Below are positions 17,395 to 26,164 of a stretch of 32,832 nucleotides of DNA, in pieces. Under the pieces are notes generated by a model, which was not told the DNA's origin, searched no databases, and was given only the letters and a program-made list of their open reading frames with translations. The position numbers were made by a program, and so were the translations under genes. Every line of letters begins with the position of its first letter. Position 1 is the first letter of the stretch. The stretch is from Pseudomonadota bacterium (GTDB taxonomy: Bacteria > UBA10199 > 2-02-FULL-44-16 > JBDRGF01), in assembly GCA_043818055.1 (NCBI GenBank), contig JBDRGF010000153.1, positions 1 to 32,832 on the forward strand. Reading direction: 5' to 3'.

Positions 17395-18640
17395 TAAGCT
17401 AACGTCCGTATATCAAAGGAGAAAAAAACTTTGGAAAGATGCAACACCAGGCGAGTGGAACGACTGGCAATGGCAGATCAAGAATAGAATCACAGATGTT
17501 AACAATCTCTCGAAGGCCATAAAATTAACAGCTAAAGAAAAGGCTGATATCAACAAGGCCATAAAACATTCCAGGTTTCAGCTGACCCCATATTGCCTCT
17601 CCCTCATCGATGAGAATGACCCCTTCTGTCCAATTCGTCTTCAGGCCATCCCCAGCATAAAAGAGATAGAGCCGGGAAAGGGTGATATCTATGATCCGCT
17701 GGCTGAGGACAGAGATTCTCCAGTTGAAGGTCTGGTGCATCGCTATCCCGACAGGGCGCTCTTTCTTGTTTCTGAAGTCTGCTCGATGTATTGCAGGTTC
17801 TGCACGCGTCGTCGTCATGTCTTGAATCGTGACGATAAGGCGATGTGGCAGAGATATAACAAGGCCTTCAACTATATAGAAAAACACAAGGAGATTCGCG
17901 ATGTGATAATCTCCGGCGGCGACGCCCTTATGCTCTCAGATGAAAAGCTCGAAGAGGTGATAGCGAGGGTAAGAAAAATTTCACATGTGGAGATCATTAG
18001 AGTCGCATCGCGTACGCCATGCGTGATGCCCCAGAGGATTACAGATGCACTTGTGAATATGCTAAAAAAATATCAGCCGATATATTTCATGACTCATTTC
18101 AACCATCCTTACGAGATCACCGATGCCGCAAAAACAGCGTGTGAAAAAATTACAGATGCGGGAATACCTTTATTCAACCAATCGGTCTTGTTGAGAAAGA
18201 TAAATTCAGATCCGATGATAATGAAGAAGTTAATGCATAAACTTCTGAAGATCCGGGTGAAACCTTATTACATCTATCAGTGCGATCCTGCTCAAGGAAT
18301 CGAACATTTCAGAACACCTGTTGCCAAAGGGATCGAAATCATGGAATACCTCAGGGGGCATACATCCGGACTCGCTCTGCCAACTTTAGTCCTCGACGCC
18401 CCCGGCGGCGGAGGAAAGATTCCTATCATGCCCAACTACCTGCTCACCATGACGGTGGATGCTGCAGTTGTGAGAAATTATAGAGGGATGATGAGCGTTT
18501 ATATCAACCCGCTCAACGTAGATTGCAGCTGTTCAACGACTGAAAAGATAGAAAGAGGTCTGACAAAAGAATCTCCTAAGGACAGGGTGTTCTTAGATAT
18601 GCTGGAAGGCAAAAGAGTGATGTTGGAACCTAAAATATGA
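17387..18640 (+). CDS. kamA: Lysine 2,3-aminomutase
   Basis: WNDWQWQ, HRYPDR, CSMYCRFCTRRR, YQCD, LRGHTSG, DAPGGGGKIP (PLP lysine). Confidence 0.95.
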   Translation: MSDKLTSVYQRRKKLWKDATPGEWNDWQWQIKNRITDVNNLSKAIKLTAKEKADINKAIKHSRFQLTPYCLSLIDENDPFCPIRLQAIPSIKEIEPGKGDIYDPLAEDRDSPVEGLVHRYPDRALFLVSEVCSMYCRFCTRRRHVLNRDDKAMWQRYNKAFNYIEKHKEIRDVIISGGDALMLSDEKLEEVIARVRKISHVEIIRVASRTPCVMPQRITDALVNMLKKYQPIYFMTHFNHPYEITDAAKTACEKITDAGIPLFNQSVLLRKINSDPMIMKKLMHKLLKIRVKPYYIYQCDPAQGIEHFRTPVAKGIEIMEYLRGHTSGLALPTLVLDAPGGGGKIPIMPNYLLTMTVDAAVVRNYRGMMSVYINPLNVDCSCSTTEKIERGLTKESPKDRVFLDMLEGKRVMLEPKI

Positions 18641-18643
18641 AAG

Positions 18644-18729
18644 GCGTATATAGCATATGGCATGTAGCATATGGTAAAAGCCTCGTTAAACGAGATTTTC
18701 CATATACTATATGCTATATGCCATATGCG
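18644..18729. repeat. Heptamer-repeat hairpin, family C
   Basis: gcatatg-gcatgta-gcatatg, spacer with CTCGTTAAACGAG mini-hairpin, then complementary arm; between kamA and kamD. Confidence 0.85.
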
Positions 18730-18737
18730 GTTTTAAA

Positions 18738-20279
18738 ATGGCTTATAACAAACTGAATTTAGACAGGGATAAGATAGACAGCTGCCGCCATCTGGCGAAG
18801 AGAATAGTCTCGCCTGTCCAGAAGTATATCAAGCACCATTCGACCACATCTATCGAGAGGACAGTCTTAAGAATCCTAGGTGTTGAAGGGGCGCTCGATG
18901 AGATGCCATATGTCAATCTCATCGTCGACAAGTTGGATAGAGATTGTTTAAGGCGCGGAATTGCACAGTGGTTTGGAAAAGCACTTGTTCATACAGGTAT
19001 GAGCGTTAACGATCTGGCAAAGGCTGTAGCAAAAGGGGAAGTAAATCTTAAGGATGCTGAAAAGGTGCCGCGCGAAAAGATGATTTCAGCTGTCGAGCCT
19101 CTCATCCGTGATGGCATCTCAAAATTCGATGGCTGTAAGAGGAGAAAGGAACACCTCCTTGCAAAATTCAAAGGCACAAAGACGCCGCTCAAATATGTTA
19201 TAGTAGCGACCGGAAATATCCATGACGATGCCGCGCAGGCTGTCGCAGCGGTCGAGGCAGGCGCCGACATCATTGCGGTGATAAGGGCCACAGCCCAATC
19301 CCTCCTCGACTATGTGCCTGAAGGGATCACGACAGAGGGATTCGGTGGAACATTTGCAACACAGGCTAATTTCAAGGTCATGCGTCAGGCGCTCGATGAT
19401 ATCGGCAAAAAAGTAGGTCGCTTCATCCGATTGACTAATTACTCCTCAGGGCTTTGCATGTCGGAGATCGCCGCTGTAGCCGCGTTCGAAAATCTCGACA
19501 TGGTCCTCAATGACTCCATGTACGGCATACTCTTTCGGGATATCAACATGAAGCGCACATTTATCGACCAGTATTTTTCAAGGTTGATCTGCGCACGTTC
19601 ACAGATCACCATAAACACGGGAGAGGATAATTACCTGACGACGACCGATGCCTTTCGAAACGCCCATCACGTTTTGACGAGCCAGTTCATAAATGAGCAG
19701 TTCGCCCTTCATTCAAATCTGACTTTCGATCTCATGGGGCTCGGACATGCATTTGAAATCGATCCCAACATCGAAGATGGCTTTCTCTATGAGTTAGCAC
19801 AGGCCGAGATGGTCAGGGAGATCTTTCCGAGATGTCCTATAAAATATATGCCTCCCACGAAATACATGACAGGCGACATCTTCTTCGGAAATGTTCTCGA
19901 CGCCATGTTCAATATCGTTGGAGTTATGACGGAGCAATCGATACAGCTTCTGGGAATACCGACTGAGGCGATTCACAATCCTCATCTTCAGGATCGACAC
20001 TGGGCGATCAAGAACGCAAACTACATCTTCAACAGCGCAAGACACTTAGGAGATGAGATAACCTTCAACCCAAACGGAAAGATAGCAAGGCGCGCACACA
20101 CAGTCCTCGACAACGTTCATAAATATCTGAAACGAATTGAGGGCACAGGTCTCATGAAAGCAATATCCACAGGAATGTTCGCGGAAATCGAGCGCGATGA
20201 AAATGGCGGAAAAGGTTTGAATGGCGTCTTTCAAAAGGCCAGAGACTACTACAATCCGGCACTGGAGATGTTGAAATGA
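18738..20279 (+). CDS. kamD: Lysine 5,6-aminomutase alpha subunit
   Basis: YVIVATGNI, AVIRATAQSLLDYVP, ATQANF, NYSSGLCM, YGILFRDINM, INTGEDNY, KYMPPTK. Confidence 0.95.
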   Translation: MAYNKLNLDRDKIDSCRHLAKRIVSPVQKYIKHHSTTSIERTVLRILGVEGALDEMPYVNLIVDKLDRDCLRRGIAQWFGKALVHTGMSVNDLAKAVAKGEVNLKDAEKVPREKMISAVEPLIRDGISKFDGCKRRKEHLLAKFKGTKTPLKYVIVATGNIHDDAAQAVAAVEAGADIIAVIRATAQSLLDYVPEGITTEGFGGTFATQANFKVMRQALDDIGKKVGRFIRLTNYSSGLCMSEIAAVAAFENLDMVLNDSMYGILFRDINMKRTFIDQYFSRLICARSQITINTGEDNYLTTTDAFRNAHHVLTSQFINEQFALHSNLTFDLMGLGHAFEIDPNIEDGFLYELAQAEMVREIFPRCPIKYMPPTKYMTGDIFFGNVLDAMFNIVGVMTEQSIQLLGIPTEAIHNPHLQDRHWAIKNANYIFNSARHLGDEITFNPNGKIARRAHTVLDNVHKYLKRIEGTGLMKAISTGMFAEIERDENGGKGLNGVFQKARDYYNPALEMLK

Positions 20280-21121
20280 TAAAAATCAATCCAAAAAAGA
20301 TAAGGGCTTATGGCGACAGGCTTGACGATAGCATTGTTCAACTCTCTTTTACTCTACCTGTAAAACCATCATTGCAGGCAAAAGAGGCAGCACGAATGTA
20401 TGTAAAAAAAATGGGACTCACCAACATCAATGTGGCATTTATGGAGGATCTTGGTGGAGGATTTACGACATTCGTCATTTACGCAAATTCAAAGGAGAGC
20501 ATAGACATTACCAAAATTCACGTTCCAAAAGTTGAATACCAGCATTTTAAATACAAGGAACTTGCGGAATACATGCAGGATCATCTGAAGGAACCTATCA
20601 TCGTCGTCGGAGCTACCACAGGAAGCGACGCCCATACAGTCGGCCTCGATGCGATCATGAACATGAAGGGATATAACCACGACTACGGTCTGGAGCGCTA
20701 TCCGTTATTCAAGGCTTATAATTTAAGAAGCCAGCTCAGTAACAAGGAATTGATCGAGAAGGCCGCTCAGTTAAAAGCTGACGTAATCCTCATATCTCAG
20801 ATCGTCACTCAGCGCGACGCGCACATCGCCAACCTGAAGGAATTCAAAAAAATCGTTAAAGAGAACAAAGATCTTTCAAAAGACCTTATAACGATAACAG
20901 GTGGGCCTCGCATGGATCATATTCAAGCGGTAAAGCTTGGGTTTGATGCGGGCTTTGGACCGGGAACCCTTCCATCCCAGGTTGCGAGCTTTATCGTACA
21001 TGAATATATGAAGAGAAAAGGAATCGCATACGTCTCGCACAAACAAGAAAAAACTGTAAAGGATGAAACAAAAAAAGAGTCTCATCCCAGAAGGCGTGTG
21101 AGGAGATGGGGAAAAAGATAA
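20276..21121 (+). CDS. kamE: Lysine 5,6-aminomutase beta subunit (B12-binding)
   Basis: YGDRLDD..VQLSFTLP, SDAHTVGLDAIMNMKG (DxHxxG plus PLP Lys), GFDAGFGPGT. Confidence 0.95.
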   Translation: MIKINPKKIRAYGDRLDDSIVQLSFTLPVKPSLQAKEAARMYVKKMGLTNINVAFMEDLGGGFTTFVIYANSKESIDITKIHVPKVEYQHFKYKELAEYMQDHLKEPIIVVGATTGSDAHTVGLDAIMNMKGYNHDYGLERYPLFKAYNLRSQLSNKELIEKAAQLKADVILISQIVTQRDAHIANLKEFKKIVKENKDLSKDLITITGGPRMDHIQAVKLGFDAGFGPGTLPSQVASFIVHEYMKRKGIAYVSHKQEKTVKDETKKESHPRRRVRRWGKR

Positions 21122-21948
21122 ATAAATTAATCATAACAGCCGCGATAACCGGCGCTGAAACTACAAAGGAGATGAATCCAAATCTTCCGGTGACTGCTGA
21201 AGAACAGGCTAAAGAAGCCAGGGAATGCGTAAAAGCAGGTGCCGCGATCATTCATCTTCATGTGAGAGATAGTAAGGGAAACCCATCACAAAAAATTGCG
21301 GATTTTAAAAGATCGATAGAGGCAATAAATGATTCATGCGATCCTCGTCCTATCACCCAGATTTCAACCGGCGGTGCAGTCGGCGCTTCTATCGAAGATC
21401 GCATTAAACCCATTGTCAAACTCAAACCTGAATTCGCATCCCTAAACATCGCATCGATGAATTTTGGTGAAGATGTCTTTATCAATCATCCAAAGGATGT
21501 AAAAAAACTGGCCACTACTTTGAAAGACCTGAACGTCGCTTACGAAGTTGAAGTTTACGACGCGGGACATATCGAAAGTGCAAAGAGGTTGGCAAAGAAG
21601 GGGGTCATCAGAACGCCTATTCACTACCAGTTTGTGTTGGGAGTTCATGGTGGCATGAGTGGAGATCTTCGAAATTTGAATTTTCTAATAGATTCGATAG
21701 ATGAGGGGGATACCTGGAGTGTGGCCGGCATCGGCAGATATGAATATCCTCTGGCCGTAGAAGCGGTTAAGCGCGGAGGCTTTGTCCGCGTTGGCTTCGA
21801 GGATAATATATATTATGAAAAAGGCGTGCTTGCAAAAAGCAACTCCCAGTTGGTAGAAAGGATCTCTCGCCTCGCAAACGAATTGAAAAGGGAGATCGCA
21901 ACCCCCGATGAGGCGAGGAAGATGTTAAATCTCAAAAGTCGCATGTAG
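21106..21948 (+). CDS. kce: 3-keto-5-aminohexanoate cleavage enzyme (DUF849/BKACE)
   Basis: LIITAAITGAE, IIHLHVRD, STGGAVG, VRVGFEDN, ATPDEAR; within the lysine cluster. Confidence 0.92.
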   Translation: MGKKINKLIITAAITGAETTKEMNPNLPVTAEEQAKEARECVKAGAAIIHLHVRDSKGNPSQKIADFKRSIEAINDSCDPRPITQISTGGAVGASIEDRIKPIVKLKPEFASLNIASMNFGEDVFINHPKDVKKLATTLKDLNVAYEVEVYDAGHIESAKRLAKKGVIRTPIHYQFVLGVHGGMSGDLRNLNFLIDSIDEGDTWSVAGIGRYEYPLAVEAVKRGGFVRVGFEDNIYYEKGVLAKSNSQLVERISRLANELKREIATPDEARKMLNLKSRM

Positions 21949-22024
21949 CATGTGGTATGTGGTTTGTAGAAAAGCTCGTTTAACGAGGTTCTTACCACAG
22001 GCTACATGCTACATGCCACATGCG
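21940..22024. repeat. Heptamer-repeat hairpin, family C, supplying the kce stop codon
   Basis: cgcatgTAG-catgtgg-tatgtgg, spacer CTCGTTTAACGAG, ctacatg-ctacatg-ccacatg-cg. Confidence 0.85.
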
Positions 22025-22032
22025 GTTTATTT

Positions 22033-22962
22033 ATGAGTGGAATCGGAATCATAATCAATCCCTATTCGCGTGCGAACCGGTCGAATCCAAAACGAGCTGA
22101 GCAGTTTGGATTCATCGTCGGCGATAGGGGTACCTGTCACCGGACGAAGGACCTCAAAGATGTTGAGCGCCTCGCGAGGGAGTTCAAAGAACGTGGCGTT
22201 GAGATCCTTGGAATTTCAGGCGGAGATGGCACAAACCATGTGACTCTCTCCACATTCCTCGATGTCTATGGGGATGAACCACTTCCGAAGATCGCGTTCT
22301 TGCGTGGCGGCACGATGAACAATCTCGCAAACGAGCTTGGAATAAAGGGTAAATCCGAAAAAATCCTCTCCAACCTCATACTCAAATATCACCACGGGGA
22401 TAAACTCAACGAGCGTGATATCAACCTGATGAAGATAAACGGGAAATATGGTTTCATATTCGGCATGGGTGTCGTCACCGAATTCACAAAAGTCTATCAT
22501 TCCAAAGATGGATATCCCTCCCCTCAGCGCGCTGCCTGGATTCTGTTACACTGTATTCTGTCCGGCATCATAAATGGAAAGTTCGTAGGGAGGCTGGCGC
22601 GGCGTTTTGAAGCGGATATCTTCTGTGACGGTAAAAAAACGCCATTCGTGAATTGGACGATGCTAGTCGCCGGCACCATAAAAAATTTGGGTTTAGGCTT
22701 CAACGCCATAGCAAGGGCATATGAGGACCCTGAAAAATTTCATTTCATCGGGATGTCAGATACTCCGAGAGGAATTATAAAACAATTTCCGCGCGCGCTG
22801 ATGTCGAAGCCTTTCAATTCAGAACATTTTTTTGATGAGATCTGCAAAGAGCTTGTCATAAAGCTCCCCAAAGAGATGACCTACACAATCGACGGCGATA
22901 TGTTTGATGATAAAGAGATTAAGATAACGCTGGGCCCAAAGATCAGGTGTATAATTCCTTAA
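22033..22962 (+). CDS. Diacylglycerol/lipid kinase family protein
   Basis: IIINPYS, GGDGT, GGTMN, IDGD motifs; start moved to ATG 22033 because the upstream part is repeat. Confidence 0.88.
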   Translation: MSGIGIIINPYSRANRSNPKRAEQFGFIVGDRGTCHRTKDLKDVERLAREFKERGVEILGISGGDGTNHVTLSTFLDVYGDEPLPKIAFLRGGTMNNLANELGIKGKSEKILSNLILKYHHGDKLNERDINLMKINGKYGFIFGMGVVTEFTKVYHSKDGYPSPQRAAWILLHCILSGIINGKFVGRLARRFEADIFCDGKKTPFVNWTMLVAGTIKNLGLGFNAIARAYEDPEKFHFIGMSDTPRGIIKQFPRALMSKPFNSEHFFDEICKELVIKLPKEMTYTIDGDMFDDKEIKITLGPKIRCIIP

Positions 22963-22967
22963 AAAAC

Positions 22968-23048
22968 CGCATGTAGCATATGGCATATGGTCAAAGGCTC
23001 GATTTAATAGATTTTACCCATATACTATATGCAATATGCTATATACGC
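22968..23048. repeat. Heptamer-repeat hairpin, family C, between convergent genes
   Basis: gcatgta-gcatatg-gcatatg ... catatac-tatatgc-aatatgc-tatatac-gc. Confidence 0.85.
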
Positions 23049-23056
23049 CTTTTCTT

Positions 23057-23560
23057 TTAAAACTTATAATGAAACATCGGACCGAATGACCAGCCGAAGA
23101 CTGTGGTGCCGGAGAAAACCAGCACGTGCATGTTCGTGTCCGCGCCTACCGCCATGTTGTCGTTGATATGATATGTGAATCCCACGCCCGGAATGGCAAT
23201 ATCGACCGCCGCTTTACTCGATGTGTTTATGGCAAAACCGACACCTGCCGTACCATAGATCGTCCAGTCCGCCGCTATATCATAATAATATCCAACCTTT
23301 GGAACGAATGAGAACACGCCATAATCGAAATCTGTATGCGTATCGAAGCGCAAACCCAGTCCGATCCTGTCCCACACAAAATACTTTCCATCGATGCCGA
23401 CATTCATATTGAGCTTTGGGCTCTTGTTGGCAACTGTGAGACCAGCTGTGCCGGCCAGATCGACATCCCCTTTTGCATAGCGAGGCATGCCATCATAAGA
23501 GAGAGCCGACTGGGATAACAAAACAGAGAGACAAAAAACGATTGCGATAATCTTCTTCAT
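23057..23560 (-). CDS. Small outer-membrane beta-barrel protein
   Basis: Signal peptide MKKIIAIVFCLSVLLSQSALS, alternating amphipathic strands, C-terminal FHYKF. Confidence 0.85.
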   Translation of the reverse strand: MKKIIAIVFCLSVLLSQSALSYDGMPRYAKGDVDLAGTAGLTVANKSPKLNMNVGIDGKYFVWDRIGLGLRFDTHTDFDYGVFSFVPKVGYYYDIAADWTIYGTAGVGFAINTSSKAAVDIAIPGVGFTYHINDNMAVGADTNMHVLVFSGTTVFGWSFGPMFHYKF

Positions 23561-23584
23561 AAATTGTTCCTTTCAGGTCACAAT

Positions 23585-23662
23585 GGAATAGAGAATCCTG
23601 ATGAGAGAGTCAATACAAAAGGGGATTAGATATTTGACTTCAAACCGTCACTAAGTTATCCC
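23585..23662. promoter_or_regulatory. Back-to-back putative sigma70 promoters
   Basis: Minus: TTGACT-17-TATTCC (23613-23585). Plus: TTGACT-17-TATCCC (23634-23662). Confidence 0.45.
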
Positions 23663-23688
23663 CGCTTTACTTAAGAAGGAGCAGACTC

Positions 23689-26037
23689 ATGGACTTTGAT
23701 AAAAAAATCATCGATCAGATAATCGAAAAGTACGGCTCGGACAAATCGGCGACGATTCCGATTTTGCAGGCCATTCAGGCTAAATACAGCTATGTCCCCA
23801 AAAAGGCTATAGAGTATGTCAGCCAAAAGACCGGCATTCCGGAGGCCGGGATCTACGGCGTTACTACGTTCTATGCCCAGTTCAAGATGGAGCCGCAGGG
23901 CAAACATCACATCAAGGTATGCCACGGCACCGCCTGTCACGTCGCAGATGCGAATAGCATCTCCGAAACGCTTGCCGATATTTTAGAGGTTCCGGTTGGG
24001 GGTGGCACGACCGAGGACAAGCTATTTACAGTTGAAAAGGTCGCGTGTCTCGGCTGTTGTTCACTCGCCCCTGTCATGATGGTCGACGATAGCGTCTTCG
24101 GAAAGCTCGATCGCAAACAGATCGAAAAAATCATCAAAGACTTTCGCGAGCACGGTGGAAGGGCTGCAGAGAAGTTTGAATTTGAAGGTTTGAGCCTCGA
24201 TAAGGCTAGCGAAGTGAAGGAGATTCTGATCGGCATGGGGAGCTGCGGCATCGCGGCCGGCGCTAGCGCGATTGAAAGCTATCTTAACAAAATCAAAGAA
24301 CATTTTAAGTGCGATTTCAATATCAAGCATGTCGGCTGCATGGGGATGTGCCATCAGGAGCCTATGATAGAAGTGATCGAACGATCACAGTCATCTTGCC
24401 CCTCTCCCCTTGCGGGAGAGGGTGATGCCTGCCGTTCAGGCAGGCATGGGAGAGGGGGAAGGCGCACACTCTACGGCAGCGTCGATCTTGTGACTGTTAA
24501 AAAAATCGTCGCCGAGCATGTAGGTGCTGGAAATGTTTTGACTGACAAGATCATTCCCCTAGAAGAGAATGCGTTTCTAAAAAAACAAAAACACATCGTT
24601 TTGGAAAACTGTGGTCGCATCGATCCAGAAAAAATTGAGGAGTATGAAGCAGTTCACGGTTATGAGGCCTTGAAAAAAGTCTTGAAGGATATGACTCAGG
24701 ATGTGGTGATAGACGAAGTGATAAAGTCAGGCCTTCGCGGTCGTGGAGGCGGTGGATTTCCGACCGGCCTTAAATGGAGCTTCACAAAAAAGGCAACGGC
24801 TGACGAAAAATATATCATCTGCAACGCTGACGAGGGTGACCCGGGTGCGTTTATGGATCGTTCTGTTTTAGAGAGCGATCCCCATCGCGTTATCGAGGGT
24901 ATGATCATCGCCTCATTCGCGATAGGTGCAACTCACGGCTATATCTACTGCCGCGCTGAGTATCCACTTGCAGTCAAACGCCTTAACAAGGCGATCGAAC
25001 AGGCGATATCAAAGGGCTATCTCGGAAAAAATATTCTTGGCAGCTCTCACTCGTTTGAGATCAAGGTCAAGGAAGGGGCTGGCGCGTTTGTCTGCGGCGA
25101 GGAGACGGCGCTCATTGGATCAATCGAGGGTGATCGCGGCATGCCCAAAATCAGACCTCCATTTCCCGCACATAAGGGACTCTTTGGGAAGCCGACCAAC
25201 ATCAACAACGTCGAGACATTTGCCAATGTCCCGTGGATTATTCGTCATGGTGCCCAGGCCTATGCAAAGATGGGAACAGAGAAGAGCAAGGGTAGCAAAG
25301 TCTTTGCCCTGGCTGGCGACATCAAAAATGGCGGCCTTGTCGAGGTGCCGATGGGGATGAGTCTGAATGAGGTTGTAAACGATGTCGGAGGAGGCACCTC
25401 ATCGGGTAGACCGGTTAAAGCCGTTCAGCTGGGCGGCCCATCCGGTGGATGTATCCCAGCAAGACTCATGGACACAATTGTCGATTACGATGCGGTTACT
25501 GCTACCGGCGCGATCATGGGATCGGGCGGTATGGTGGTGATGGATGAGTCGAACTGCATGGTCGATATCGCGAAGTTCTTTTTGAATTTCACACAGAACG
25601 AATCATGCGGAAAGTGCACATTTTGCAGAATCGGCACCAGGCGCATGTTGGAGATACTGGAGCGCATCACAGATGGCAAAGGCAAAGATGGAGATATAGA
25701 ACTCTTAGAGGAGTTGGCTGTTCGGATCAAGGATGCAAGCCTGTGTGGGCTCGGCCAAACCGCACCGAATCCGGTTTTGACTACGATCAAATATTTTCGT
25801 GATGAATACGAAACTCATATTAAAAATAAAAAATGTCCGGCAGGAAAGTGCCGTGCGCTAATTTCATATGTTGTGATTCCAGAAAAGTGCATCGGCTGCA
25901 CAGCCTGCAAACGAGTCTGTCCATACGATGCAGTTGAGGGTGAGGTAAAAAAGGTACATAAGATTCTGGACGACAAGTGCACAAGGTGCGGAGCATGTTA
26001 TAAGGCATGTCCGGTGGAGGCAATAAAAAGAGATTAA
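23689..26037 (+). CDS. Fused NuoE-NuoF (HydC-HydB/BfuC-BfuB-like) FMN/Fe-S NADH-binding subunit
   Basis: NuoE CHGTAC...CLGCC; thioredoxin-like GSCG...CMGMC; SGLRGRGGGGFPTG, NADEGDPGAFMDR, GAFVCGEETAL, GGPSGG, ESCGKCTFCR; two C-terminal CxxCxxCxxxCP. Confidence 0.93.
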   Translation: MDFDKKIIDQIIEKYGSDKSATIPILQAIQAKYSYVPKKAIEYVSQKTGIPEAGIYGVTTFYAQFKMEPQGKHHIKVCHGTACHVADANSISETLADILEVPVGGGTTEDKLFTVEKVACLGCCSLAPVMMVDDSVFGKLDRKQIEKIIKDFREHGGRAAEKFEFEGLSLDKASEVKEILIGMGSCGIAAGASAIESYLNKIKEHFKCDFNIKHVGCMGMCHQEPMIEVIERSQSSCPSPLAGEGDACRSGRHGRGGRRTLYGSVDLVTVKKIVAEHVGAGNVLTDKIIPLEENAFLKKQKHIVLENCGRIDPEKIEEYEAVHGYEALKKVLKDMTQDVVIDEVIKSGLRGRGGGGFPTGLKWSFTKKATADEKYIICNADEGDPGAFMDRSVLESDPHRVIEGMIIASFAIGATHGYIYCRAEYPLAVKRLNKAIEQAISKGYLGKNILGSSHSFEIKVKEGAGAFVCGEETALIGSIEGDRGMPKIRPPFPAHKGLFGKPTNINNVETFANVPWIIRHGAQAYAKMGTEKSKGSKVFALAGDIKNGGLVEVPMGMSLNEVVNDVGGGTSSGRPVKAVQLGGPSGGCIPARLMDTIVDYDAVTATGAIMGSGGMVVMDESNCMVDIAKFFLNFTQNESCGKCTFCRIGTRRMLEILERITDGKGKDGDIELLEELAVRIKDASLCGLGQTAPNPVLTTIKYFRDEYETHIKNKKCPAGKCRALISYVVIPEKCIGCTACKRVCPYDAVEGEVKKVHKILDDKCTRCGACYKACPVEAIKRD
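24399..24458 (+). repeat. Palindromic CCCTCTCCC/GGGAGAGGG element inserted in frame in the NuoEF gene
   Basis: CCCTCTCCC-cttgc-GGGAGAGGG, nested ATGCCTGCC-gttca-GGCAGGCAT, then GGGAGAGGGG; translated as PSPLAGEGDACRSGRHGRG. Confidence 0.75.
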
Positions 26038-26041
26038 GAGC

Positions 26042-26128
26042 GTAGGAGCTTATCGAAGGGCGTGGTAATCGCTCCTATTGCAAAACCCCGAGATCGCCAC
26101 GTCGGCCTAAAGGCCTCCTCGCGATGAC
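26042..26128. repeat. Two REP-like palindromic elements
   Basis: GTAGGAGC...GCTCCTA (26042-26077) and GAGATCGCCACGTCGGCCTAAAGGCCTCCTCGCGATGAC (26090-26128) in the intergenic gap. Confidence 0.5.
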
Positions 26129-26164
26129 AAGGGATGGGGATTATCAAGCTCTTACGGAGGATAA

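Noticed and set aside
4404..23048. CRISPR interpretation of the repeats
   Set aside because: No constant 23-47-nt repeat with unique spacers and no cas genes; units are 7 nt and inverted.
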